Shown: one piece after another, positions 8,871 to 17,118 of the stretch
Layout of the letters: each line of letters starts with the position of its first letter
Position numbering within the stretch: the stretch's first letter is position 1
From: an uncultured Gammaproteobacteria bacterium
Lineage (GTDB): Bacteria; Patescibacteriota; Patescibacteriia; UBA9934; CAZDDW01
DNA length: 48,330 bases
Assembly (NCBI GenBank): GCA_965231015.1
Contig: OZ246408.1
Coordinates: 346,158-394,487 of the forward strand
Direction of reading: 5' to 3'
Notes under the pieces: generated by a model
Seen by the model: only the letters and a program-made list of their open reading frames with translations
What the model was told of the DNA's origin: nothing
The model's database searches: none
Program-made: the position numbers and the translations under genes

Positions 8871-9917
8871 ATGTTGCCTAAAGTTTCTGTAAATATTTTG
8901 ACTTGGAACGGCAAGCGTTATTTGCCCGAGCTTTTAGACTCAATCGATGCTCAGACGTTTCGTGATTTTTCTGTACGAGTTATAGATAATGGTTCGGATG
9001 ATGGCACTGTACAATATTTGACCGAGAATCGGCCGGATATAATGCTTGTGCGCAACGTAAAAAATCACGGTTTTGCGGCCGGGCATAATCAAGGTATTCG
9101 TTATGTAATTGATCGAATTGGGGAACATAATGATCAGCGTTATATTTTGATTGTCAATCAGGATACGATTTTGGAACCGGGCTATTTAGAAAAATTATTG
9201 GCAGAAGCAGATGCATATCCTAAGGCGGGGGCTTTGACCGGTAAATTGTTACGCGCCTACGGGGAGAATCTTAATGATGAATATCTGCGTCAGACAGTTA
9301 AAAGTGAGAGAATTGATAGTACAGGTTTGCGTCCCAACCGTTGGCGGCGTTTTACTGACCGGGGAGCCGGGGAAATGGATGAAGGTCAGTACGATGAAGC
9401 AAGAGATATTTTTGGGCCGAGCGGAGCCTTGGCCATGTATCGAGTTAAAGCTTTGGCAGACGTGGCCATTGATGGTGAATATTTTGATGAAGACTTTTTT
9501 TCGTATAAAGAAGACATTGATTTAGTTTGGCGAATGCAGAACGCCGGATGGACGGCTCGGTTTGTTCCCGAGGCTAAGGCTTATCATTTTCGTGGCATGT
9601 ATGGTGCCGAAAAAGGGGGGATTTGGACTCGAATCAAAGACCGCCGTGGCAAGCGTCCATTTTTTGCCGCACTCTCTACACGCAACCATTGGCTCGTTTT
9701 AATTAAAAATGAACGTTGGTGGCGATTAGCTCTTGCACTCCCGTTTATTATCCCGATCGAGTTGGGTCGAGTTGGATATATGCTATTAGTTGAAACTAAG
9801 CTGCTTTGGGTGATTCCGAGCGCCCTTAGATTGGTCCCCAAAATGATCAAGAAGCGATGGAAGTCTAGAAACAAAAAGCGGAGCAAGGCCCGCGAGGTTT
9901 ATCAATGGTTTAGATAG
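8871..9917 (+). CDS. family 2 glycosyltransferase (rhamnosyltransferase-like)
   Basis: 348 aa. Contains VSVNILTWNGKRYL, VIDNGSDDGT and the DED region FFSYKEDIDL. Confidence 0.8.
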   Translation: MLPKVSVNILTWNGKRYLPELLDSIDAQTFRDFSVRVIDNGSDDGTVQYLTENRPDIMLVRNVKNHGFAAGHNQGIRYVIDRIGEHNDQRYILIVNQDTILEPGYLEKLLAEADAYPKAGALTGKLLRAYGENLNDEYLRQTVKSERIDSTGLRPNRWRRFTDRGAGEMDEGQYDEARDIFGPSGALAMYRVKALADVAIDGEYFDEDFFSYKEDIDLVWRMQNAGWTARFVPEAKAYHFRGMYGAEKGGIWTRIKDRRGKRPFFAALSTRNHWLVLIKNERWWRLALALPFIIPIELGRVGYMLLVETKLLWVIPSALRLVPKMIKKRWKSRNKKRSKAREVYQWFR

Positions 9918-9970
9918 AGAACCGGTTTGGGAGATTGAGTTTTTTATCCGTTTATAATAAAATAAAAAAT

Positions 9971-10273
9971 ATGGAAGATACTGCAAAAAATGAAATCCTT
10001 GAGGCCATAAATACTTTTTCAACCCATGTTGATAAGCGTTTTGAAGATATGAGTTTAGATACAAAAAAGGATCTTGGTAAACTCAATCATGATCTCAAGG
10101 ATCATATTGATCGGAAAATTTCAGGATACAACACTGACTTATTCAAAAAGCTTGAAAAAAAGTATCAATTAGATAAGCACTATAAAAATAAGATTGTAGA
10201 GTTGTTTAAGTCTAATCAAATAGGAACCCCAGAAGATTTAGCTTATTTGGAAGGCTTGGCCGAAGGTGGGTAG
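9971..10273 (+). CDS. hypothetical coiled-coil protein
   Basis: ATG at 9971 (MEDTAKNEIL) inside track ORF 9935-10273. Charged, helical composition. Confidence 0.45.
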   Translation: MEDTAKNEILEAINTFSTHVDKRFEDMSLDTKKDLGKLNHDLKDHIDRKISGYNTDLFKKLEKKYQLDKHYKNKIVELFKSNQIGTPEDLAYLEGLAEGG

Positions 10274-10344
10274 TTAGATTAAGTTTAAAATTAGCTAAAA
10301 CAAACCAATTCGGGGTTGATAAAACCTCGAATTTGTGCTATTTT

Positions 10345-10605
10345 TGTCTATCAGATCTTTAACCTCCGTTTAAGCTGTTAATGACGTCCATTGGGTGGGT
10401 GTCGCAACGGTTAGAATGGTATTTCAAAAGGAGTTGTCATGACGTCTTATGATGTCACCGACGAACAGCTGGGTCAGTTAGCCCGGCGTCAACACGACCT
10501 GTTCCGCCGCGTCCGCCCGGCTCACTTGCAAGTGAGCCGGCTCAATCCCTTCCTCCAACTCCCCCCCGCATGGATAATACCTGTGCGGGGGATTCACTTT
10601 TTGAA
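10345..10605 (+). other. GC-rich islet 2: SD-preceded short frame running through a 24-nt palindrome and a second hairpin (gene remnant or ncRNA)
   Basis: 39 of 60 G+C at 10501-10560. AAAGGAG lies 7 nt before ATG 10439. Perfect palindrome CCGGCTCACTTGCAAGTGAGCCGG at 10517-10540. Hairpin CCCCGCA/TGCGGGG at 10564-10590. Confidence 0.35.
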
Positions 10606-10698
10606 AACTTTGCTATCTAATACCACCAACTTGTGGCTTTGGCAGTGAGTGGTCTATCCATTGAATTATTACTCAATTTATGATAATTTCAGATCATT

Positions 10699-11511
10699 AT
10701 GGATGTCAGTATCAACATTGTGCACTATAACACCCCGCGGTTGCTACGCCAGACACTCTCCAGTATTCGTCGGGCCGCTCCTCGTTTACGTTACGAGGTG
10801 ATTGTGGTGGACAATAATCCAAATTTGAAAGTGGGGGAGGGGCTCAAGCATGAGTTCCCTGAAGTCCGAGTTGTGGACCCGGGTCAAAATCTTGGTTTTG
10901 GACAAGGGATGAATGCGGCTTTTGCCAAAGCTAGAGGGCGTTATTTACTTGTTTTCAATCCGGACGTATCCATGTTGCCCGGTTCACTCGAAAAGCTTGT
11001 ACAGTATTTAGAGGATAACCCTAGAGCCGGAATTGTGGGCTCACGTTTAAATGACCCGGGCGGCCGCTTGCAACACTCCTGCTATACCTTCATGCAGCCA
11101 CGAACCGTGCTTTACCGTCGTTTACCTTTGGTTGATCGTTTCAGTTCAGTTAGAGAACACTTAAATCAGTATCTGATGGCTGATTGGTCACACGAAGAAA
11201 CTCGATCCGTAGATTACATTTTAGGGGCTTGTATGTTGGTGCGGCGCCAGTTGATTGATGAGATCGGAACCTTTGATCCCGGATTTTTCATGTACTTTGA
11301 AGAACAAGACTTGTGTCGCCGGACCTGGTTGGCAAATTGGCAAGTGGTCTACCATCCTGACTCGATCATGGTACACTATCATAGAAGGGAAACCGCGAAA
11401 GGTGGAATTGTTAGCCAGTTGCTTAATCCGGTGACCCATCATCAGATCAAGAGTGCGATTTATTATTTTAAAAAATATCGCGGAGCCGTCAATCCGCGTC
11501 AGGAGGTATGA
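10699..11511 (+). CDS. family 2 glycosyltransferase
   Basis: 270 aa. Contains VSINIVHYNT, VVDNNP, NLGFGQGMN and FMYFEEQDLCRR. Confidence 0.8.
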   Translation: MDVSINIVHYNTPRLLRQTLSSIRRAAPRLRYEVIVVDNNPNLKVGEGLKHEFPEVRVVDPGQNLGFGQGMNAAFAKARGRYLLVFNPDVSMLPGSLEKLVQYLEDNPRAGIVGSRLNDPGGRLQHSCYTFMQPRTVLYRRLPLVDRFSSVREHLNQYLMADWSHEETRSVDYILGACMLVRRQLIDEIGTFDPGFFMYFEEQDLCRRTWLANWQVVYHPDSIMVHYHRRETAKGGIVSQLLNPVTHHQIKSAIYYFKKYRGAVNPRQEV

Positions 11512-13523
11512 GTCATAGTGCCAATTATCTTTACGAACACGAACCGCAAGAGCAGGTTCAGGTTCGGCGAAAAAAAAGAATAGGTCTAAAAATCTTTTTG
11601 GTTCTTTTGGTCGTGGTTGTTTTGTATGGTTTGGGAGGAGTGGTTTACGCCGGTAAAATCGCTGCTCATGCCCTTGATGGAAAAGTGGCAACAGAAGAAG
11701 CCCAGAAGGCTTTGTTGGATTTGGAATTTGATGAAGCCCGGAGCAAGCTTTCCGAGGCTGAGACCAATTTTTTAGCAGCTGCCGATGGAACAAAATACTT
11801 TGTACCGTTGCGAATTGTGCCATGGGTTGGTGATCAGCTTGAAGCCACGGAAGCAATTTTTCGAGCTGGCTCAGATACTGCAAGTACGCTTGAGGATTTG
11901 ATTGAGGTGGCCGAGGATGTGGTTCGTTTGGCTGTGGGAAGCGAAGCCTTGGTGGAAGGACTTGATGTCAGCGAACAACTTAGTTGGTACGATTTATCTC
12001 CGGAAGTAAAGAAAGCTATTATCTTACGCTTTGCCTCTTCGGCATCTGATCTTGAGTTAGCTCAACTAAACATTGATCTAATCTTGCGTGATCTTGAGGA
12101 ATTACCGGAAGAAAGTTTAGTTGGCCCTCTTCGCGAGGTGTTGGATCCGTTTGTAGATCAGCTGCTAGTAATTGATGAGGCCTTGGAAACCTTAATCCCA
12201 GTGTCGTTTGTTTTGCCGTCTTTTGCCGGTCTAGACCAAGAACAACATGTTTTGGTTTTGTTTTTGAACAATGCAGAAATGCGACCGGGCGGTGGGTTTA
12301 TTGGATCGTACGGGATCGTTTCCTTTTTAAACGGAGAAATGACTCGCTTTGAAACGCACGATGTAATGGATGTCGACGGGCCGGCCGCGGCCTTTAGAAC
12401 CCAGTATCCACCAGAGCCGATCCAGCGATACTTGGGAGAGACTGTTTGGTATTTTCGAGACAGTAATTGGTCACCTGATTTTGCGGTTTCTAGTGAAAAT
12501 GGCTTAAAAATTTTTCGGGCTTCCACAGCAGATGCTCCGGAGGGAACCGTTCTTAAACAGCCGTATGTTCAATTTGATGCAGTGATCGGTATTACACCTG
12601 ATTTTGTGGCTGATCTGCTGACCATTACCGGTCCGGTTACAGTGGAAGACCAAACTTTCACTTCAGGTAATATTTTTGAAACATTAGAATATGCGGTTGA
12701 GTATGGGTTTGATGATAAAGGGATTCCTTTTGATCAGAGAAAAGAGATTCTGGGCCCCTTGGCAGATCAGATTCGGGATGGGTTATTTAAGCTGCCATCC
12801 AGTGAATGGGGTAAGGTTTTTGAGTCTGTATCCGAGGCGCTAAGCGAAAAGCAATTTGTGATTTACAGTACTGATCCAACTACTCACGAAATCATTGCCA
12901 GTAAAGATTGGGCCGGTCGGGCAATTCCAGGCGAGGTTGATTCACTCATGGTGGTGGACGCTAACCTGGCAGCTTTAAAGACCGACGTCTCGGTCGACAA
13001 ATCGATAGACTATTCAATCAGTGGAATGAGCGAAGGTAGATACGTAGCCAAAGTGACAGTTACGTACGACCACTTCGGAACCTTTGATTGGAAAACGACT
13101 CGTTACAGAACCTACACCCGGGTTTACGTTCCTTCGGGCAGTGAGTTAATCCGTTATGATGGATTACTGGCTGATGATGCCCTGCGCAATCCATCCCTTG
13201 CTCCAGGAATGGCGGAAGTTGGTGAGGAGCTAAGCTTTACTGTGTTTGGAGGATTCATTTCTGTGGAGCCAGGAGAAACCGGATCGTTTACATACGAATA
13301 CTTATTGCCAGAGAGTGTGACTGGTGCTGTCGAAGCAGGGATGTACGAGCTAGATGTGGTCAAACAAATCGGATCGGACAAACATGAGCTAACCCTGAAT
13401 CTTGATTTTGACAAACCGGTCAAATCAGCGTACCCTTCCGAAGAGCCAAGTGAGTTCGGGGATGATCAATATTTATTGAACACAAAATTAGATCAGAACC
13501 TTGAATTCACGGTGAGCTTTTGA
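11508..13523 (+). CDS. DUF4012 domain-containing membrane-anchored protein
   Basis: 671 aa with an N-terminal TM. FLNNAEMRPGGGFIGSYG is the DUF4012 hallmark. Its ATGA start overlaps the upstream GT2 stop. Confidence 0.7.
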   Translation: MSHSANYLYEHEPQEQVQVRRKKRIGLKIFLVLLVVVVLYGLGGVVYAGKIAAHALDGKVATEEAQKALLDLEFDEARSKLSEAETNFLAAADGTKYFVPLRIVPWVGDQLEATEAIFRAGSDTASTLEDLIEVAEDVVRLAVGSEALVEGLDVSEQLSWYDLSPEVKKAIILRFASSASDLELAQLNIDLILRDLEELPEESLVGPLREVLDPFVDQLLVIDEALETLIPVSFVLPSFAGLDQEQHVLVLFLNNAEMRPGGGFIGSYGIVSFLNGEMTRFETHDVMDVDGPAAAFRTQYPPEPIQRYLGETVWYFRDSNWSPDFAVSSENGLKIFRASTADAPEGTVLKQPYVQFDAVIGITPDFVADLLTITGPVTVEDQTFTSGNIFETLEYAVEYGFDDKGIPFDQRKEILGPLADQIRDGLFKLPSSEWGKVFESVSEALSEKQFVIYSTDPTTHEIIASKDWAGRAIPGEVDSLMVVDANLAALKTDVSVDKSIDYSISGMSEGRYVAKVTVTYDHFGTFDWKTTRYRTYTRVYVPSGSELIRYDGLLADDALRNPSLAPGMAEVGEELSFTVFGGFISVEPGETGSFTYEYLLPESVTGAVEAGMYELDVVKQIGSDKHELTLNLDFDKPVKSAYPSEEPSEFGDDQYLLNTKLDQNLEFTVSF

Positions 13524-13537
13524 TGAACTGATCAATT

Positions 13538-14542
13538 ATGTTTGCTAAAAAAATAGGGATCGATCTAGGAACTACAACCGTGCTGGTTTTTATGCCCAAG
13601 CGCGGTATTATCATTCATGAGCCATCCGTGGTAGCGGTTTCTCAAGTTGATAAAAAAGTGTTGGCGGTTGGCAAAGAGGCCAAGGACATGTTGGGACGAA
13701 CTCCAGATACGATTGTGGCCCGGCGACCACTCAAAGACGGAGTCATTGCTGATTACCGGACCACCGAAGCCATGTTGCGCTACTTTATTAATAAGGCGCT
13801 CGGAGGTGTTCGTATTTTTCGGCCGGAGGTTATGGTGGCAGTACCGGGTGGTATTACTTCTACTGAACGTCGAGCTGTGATCGATGCGGCCATGTCTGCC
13901 GGAGCGAAAGCGGCCTACATTATTAAAGAGCCTATTGTGGCGGCGATTGGTGCAAATATCCCGATCGGGTCTCCAGCCGGACACATGATTATTGACATTG
14001 GTGGCGGAACTTCAGAAATGGCTGTGATCTCGCTTGGCGGAATTGTGGCTTCAGAGTCAGTCCGAATCGGGGGAGTCAAGATCGATGCCGCCATTGCTGA
14101 ACATGTTCGCAAAAAGTATGGTTTAGCAGTAGGAGAACGCACGGCTGAAGAAATCAAGATTCAAATTGGCTCGGCCATGTATATGGACGATAAACTATAT
14201 ATGGAAGTGAAGGGTCGGGACATGATTACCGGTCTGCCAAAAATTATTGAAATTTCAAGCGATGATGTAACTGATGCTATCCAGCACGAACTCGAAGGAA
14301 TCATTAATACGGTGAAAGACGTCTTGCATAAAACCCCGCCAGAACTATCAGCTGACGTGATGGATAAAGGAATTGTTCTTTCAGGTGGCTCTTCACAGCT
14401 GCGCAATCTGGACGAACTGATAGCTGAAGCTACCGGTGTGCCAACCTACGTGGCTGAAGACCCACAGCAGTGTGTGGCCAAGGGAACCGGAATTGCGTTA
14501 GAAAACCTTGAAGCCTACAAGCGTAGTATTTTTACGTCATAA
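13538..14542 (+). CDS. mreB: rod shape-determining protein MreB
   Basis: 334 aa. Contains GIDLGTTTVLVF, DIGGGTSEMAVISLGG and GIVLSGGSSQLRNLDELI. Confidence 0.9.
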   Translation: MFAKKIGIDLGTTTVLVFMPKRGIIIHEPSVVAVSQVDKKVLAVGKEAKDMLGRTPDTIVARRPLKDGVIADYRTTEAMLRYFINKALGGVRIFRPEVMVAVPGGITSTERRAVIDAAMSAGAKAAYIIKEPIVAAIGANIPIGSPAGHMIIDIGGGTSEMAVISLGGIVASESVRIGGVKIDAAIAEHVRKKYGLAVGERTAEEIKIQIGSAMYMDDKLYMEVKGRDMITGLPKIIEISSDDVTDAIQHELEGIINTVKDVLHKTPPELSADVMDKGIVLSGGSSQLRNLDELIAEATGVPTYVAEDPQQCVAKGTGIALENLEAYKRSIFTS

Positions 14543-14544
14543 AT

Positions 14545-15669
14545 ATGGTTATCGGAATCGATGCCAGTGCAGCCAACCGGGAAAAGAAAACCGGGGTGAA
14601 CTGGTATGCCTACAACCTGATCAATGCCCTCCAGGAGGTGGACCGGGGTGGACACCAGGTTGTCTTGTATTTAGACGCACCTCCCCGCGATGATATTTTG
14701 CACTGGGGAAATCATTTTGAGCTCAGGGAATTGAAGTGGTCCGGAAAGGGTTGGAATACCTTCCGGCTAAGCTGGGAGATGTGGCGGAATGCCCCTGAAA
14801 TATTATTTGTACCGGCCAATAAAATTCCACCAGCCCATCCTAAAAATACAGTGACCACTATTCACGACATTGGGCCGGATCGTATTCCGGAGATGTATGA
14901 TCCGCGGATTCGTTCCAAGGTAAAATCAGCCACCCGCCAAGCTATAAAACGAGCGGGTCACCTGCTAACAGTTTCTGAATTTACCAAGCAAGAGCTCGCG
15001 GAGGTGTACAAAGTACCAGAGTCTAAAATGACAGCAACTCCGTTGGCAGCTGATACCAACAAGTTTAAACCATTGGATCAGACCAAGATCGATAAAATCC
15101 TGGCCAAGTACAGGCTTGGTCGATCGTATTTTCTCTATGTTGGCAGATTGGAAGCTAAGAAAAATATTCAAACTCTGCTTCGGGCGTTTGAGATTTTCAA
15201 GGGTAGTCGCGGATTAGGGGATCCGTACCAATTGGTATTGGCCGGAACTCCGGGTTACGGATATGATCGGTACAAAAAGTTCATCAATCTTTCTAAAGTC
15301 AAAGATTCAATCATTGAACTTGGTTTTGTGCCGGATGAAGATCTACCAGGATTAATGAACGGGGCTTACGCTTACACGTTTCCGTCTTGGTATGAGGGTT
15401 TTGGAATTCCTGCGGTAGAATCGTTCGCTTGCGGTACCCCGCTCATAGCTTCTGACATAGGGGCTTTACACGAAGCCGCCGGAGATGCGGCCTTGTTTGT
15501 TTCTCCGCGTGAGCCTGAAGCCTGGGCCGCGGCCATGGCTCGGTTGGCTCGGGAGCCTAGGTTGGTTGAAGAGTTGAAAGCGAAGGGATTTAATCAGGTA
15601 GAAAAATTTAGCTGGCGTACCACGGCGGAACAAACCTGGAAAGTGTTATCAACAATTGACAAAGCTTAG
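14545..15669 (+). CDS. GT4-family glycosyltransferase (Glycos_transf_1)
   Basis: 374 aa. Contains YVGRLEAKKN and PSWYEGFGIPAVESFACGTPLIAS (EX7E region). Confidence 0.8.
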   Translation: MVIGIDASAANREKKTGVNWYAYNLINALQEVDRGGHQVVLYLDAPPRDDILHWGNHFELRELKWSGKGWNTFRLSWEMWRNAPEILFVPANKIPPAHPKNTVTTIHDIGPDRIPEMYDPRIRSKVKSATRQAIKRAGHLLTVSEFTKQELAEVYKVPESKMTATPLAADTNKFKPLDQTKIDKILAKYRLGRSYFLYVGRLEAKKNIQTLLRAFEIFKGSRGLGDPYQLVLAGTPGYGYDRYKKFINLSKVKDSIIELGFVPDEDLPGLMNGAYAYTFPSWYEGFGIPAVESFACGTPLIASDIGALHEAAGDAALFVSPREPEAWAAAMARLAREPRLVEELKAKGFNQVEKFSWRTTAEQTWKVLSTIDKA

Positions 15670-15688
15670 TGTGTTATAATTTTTAGGT

Positions 15689-16462
15689 ATGAATGATCTG
15701 ATTCGAGAATTGAACCACATGGGTCTAAGTGAGAAAGAGGCCGCTGTTTATTTGGCGGCTATGGAGCTTGGTCCCTCAGTTGCTCAAGACATTGCCAAAA
15801 AAGCTAAAGTGAATCGAGCGACCACCTACGTGATGATCGATACTTTAAAGACACGTGGTCTGATGAGCTCGTTTTCTAAGGGTAAGAAAAAGTTTTTTTC
15901 TGCTGAAACTCCAGAGCGTTTGATGAGCATGGTGCGTCATCAGCGACAGGAACTTGAGGATAGGGAAACGGAACTAAGTAAGGTCATGCCACAACTGATG
16001 GCTCTCTTTAACGTGGAAGGAGTTAAGCCGCAAGTGCGTTTTTTGGAAGGGATTGAGGGACTGAAGACCATTCAGTCAGAACTTGATTCTCTTAAAGGAG
16101 AAGGAGTTCAAATTTTATCTTGGGACGACGCTTACGAATTTATTGATCGAGTTATTGAAGATCATGTTCAGAAGCGTATGAAAAGTTTCGAAAGCAACAG
16201 GACTTCTTTCCGATCAATTGTTGCGGTAAAAGACGAGAAGAAATTTGCCCAAGTTAAATATCCGGACTCAATTAAAATTAGAAAAGTCCCCTTTGATCAA
16301 TTTCCCATTCACGGCGAGATTACCATTAAAGAGGATAGAATAACCTTCTTTTCTTACAAGTCGTCCTTGTTGGCTATTGTGATTGTTAGCCAGGTGTTGG
16401 CTGACACGGCCAAAGCCTTGTTTGAATTAGCTTGGGTGGGAGCAGAAAAGAAAACAGGATAG
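15689..16462 (+). CDS. TrmB-family transcriptional regulator
   Basis: 257 aa. LSEKEAAVYLAAMELGPSVAQDIAKKAKVNRATTYVMIDTLKTRGL is the typical TrmB HTH. Confidence 0.75.
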   Translation: MNDLIRELNHMGLSEKEAAVYLAAMELGPSVAQDIAKKAKVNRATTYVMIDTLKTRGLMSSFSKGKKKFFSAETPERLMSMVRHQRQELEDRETELSKVMPQLMALFNVEGVKPQVRFLEGIEGLKTIQSELDSLKGEGVQILSWDDAYEFIDRVIEDHVQKRMKSFESNRTSFRSIVAVKDEKKFAQVKYPDSIKIRKVPFDQFPIHGEITIKEDRITFFSYKSSLLAIVIVSQVLADTAKALFELAWVGAEKKTG

Positions 16463-16493
16463 ACAAGGTGGACTCGTCTATCCGTAGTAGCTA

Positions 16494-16520
16494 CGACTGT
16501 CTCGTTTCAGTCGTTTTTTT
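16494..16520 (+). terminator. rho-independent terminator of the TrmB-like gene
   Basis: CGACTG-8 nt-CAGTCG followed by seven T. Confidence 0.7.
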
Positions 16521-16546
16521 GCTTCAGCGCCGGCTTGAGCCGGCTG

Positions 16547-16720
16547 TCAACATCCGCCACAGGCACCGCACATGTGGCCGGCTCCGTTGAATACGAAGGC
16601 TCGCATGACGCCGCCGTGGTGGTGGGGATCGTTGCCGTCACCACAGTTTCTCAGAACACCCTTGGAAAGATTTTCTTCGCACTCGGTCAGGGCGATCTGG
16701 TTCAGCCTGCTTGAACTCAT
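16547..16720 (-). CDS. 57-aa His/Cys-rich peptide ending ...HHHGGVMRAFVFNGAGHMCGACGGC (candidate RiPP precursor or metallopeptide)
   Basis: Internal ATG at 16720, preceded by AAGGAGAC with 7-nt spacing. Has its own promoter. TGA at 16547-16549 is followed by hairpin GCCGGC-TTGA-GCCGGC. Confidence 0.5.
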   Translation of the reverse strand: MSSSRLNQIALTECEENLSKGVLRNCGDGNDPHHHGGVMRAFVFNGAGHMCGACGGC

Positions 16721-16812
16721 GGCCTTGTCTCCTTTCCAGGAGACTCGGTGTCGTTGCCGATCTCCTGCCTGTCTTGGATGTTGTTTATTTTTTGTCACGA
16801 ATGCGACAGGGT

Positions 16813-16841
16813 AATTTAGCATAAACATGTAATGTTGTCAA
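16813..16841 (-). promoter_or_regulatory. sigma70-like promoter for the 57-aa peptide
   Basis: Minus strand: TTGACA (16841-16836), 17 nt, TAAATT (16818-16813). The 5' UTR holds hairpin GTCTCC-TGGAAA-GGAGAC (16744-16727), which includes the SD. Confidence 0.5.
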
Positions 16842-16901
16842 GGAAGATAAACATGGATTTTGGCTAAAATAGGTAGAATTGGCTTAAAATGTTGCCGACC
16901 C

Positions 16902-16930
16902 TTGACAATATTTGATTCATATGTTAATTT
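16902..16930 (+). promoter_or_regulatory. divergent sigma70-like promoter
   Basis: TTGACA (16902-16907), 17 nt, TAATTT (16925-16930). The -35 context CCTTGACAA is the same as in the minus-strand promoter. Confidence 0.45.
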
Positions 16931-16937
16931 GCCGAGT

Positions 16938-17073
16938 TCCCGTTAAGGCGGGAATATGAGGGGGGGGAGAGTGAAAAAGTCCGTTAGTGTGAGCCATGCT
17001 TGCAAATGAGCGGGCTTTTTCAATTTATTTGGAAATCAAAAACCCCTGAAGAAATTCTCTTCAGGGGTTTTTG
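16938..17073 (+). ncRNA. candidate ~135-nt small RNA (promoter to terminator unit), unclassified
   Basis: Runs from the predicted start after 16930 to the 10-bp terminator at 17043-17067. Hairpin TTCCCG-TTAAGG-CGGGAA. Only a 17-codon frame without a clear SD. Confidence 0.3.
17036..17073. terminator. bidirectional rho-independent terminator
   Basis: CCCCTGAAGA-aattc-TCTTCAGGGG with flanking A-run and T-run. Lies downstream of the 371-aa ORF on the minus strand. Confidence 0.75.
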
Positions 17074-17118
17074 GATACCCTCGAACGCTAGTTCAAGGGT
17101 GAAAAGGTAGGAAAAGAT

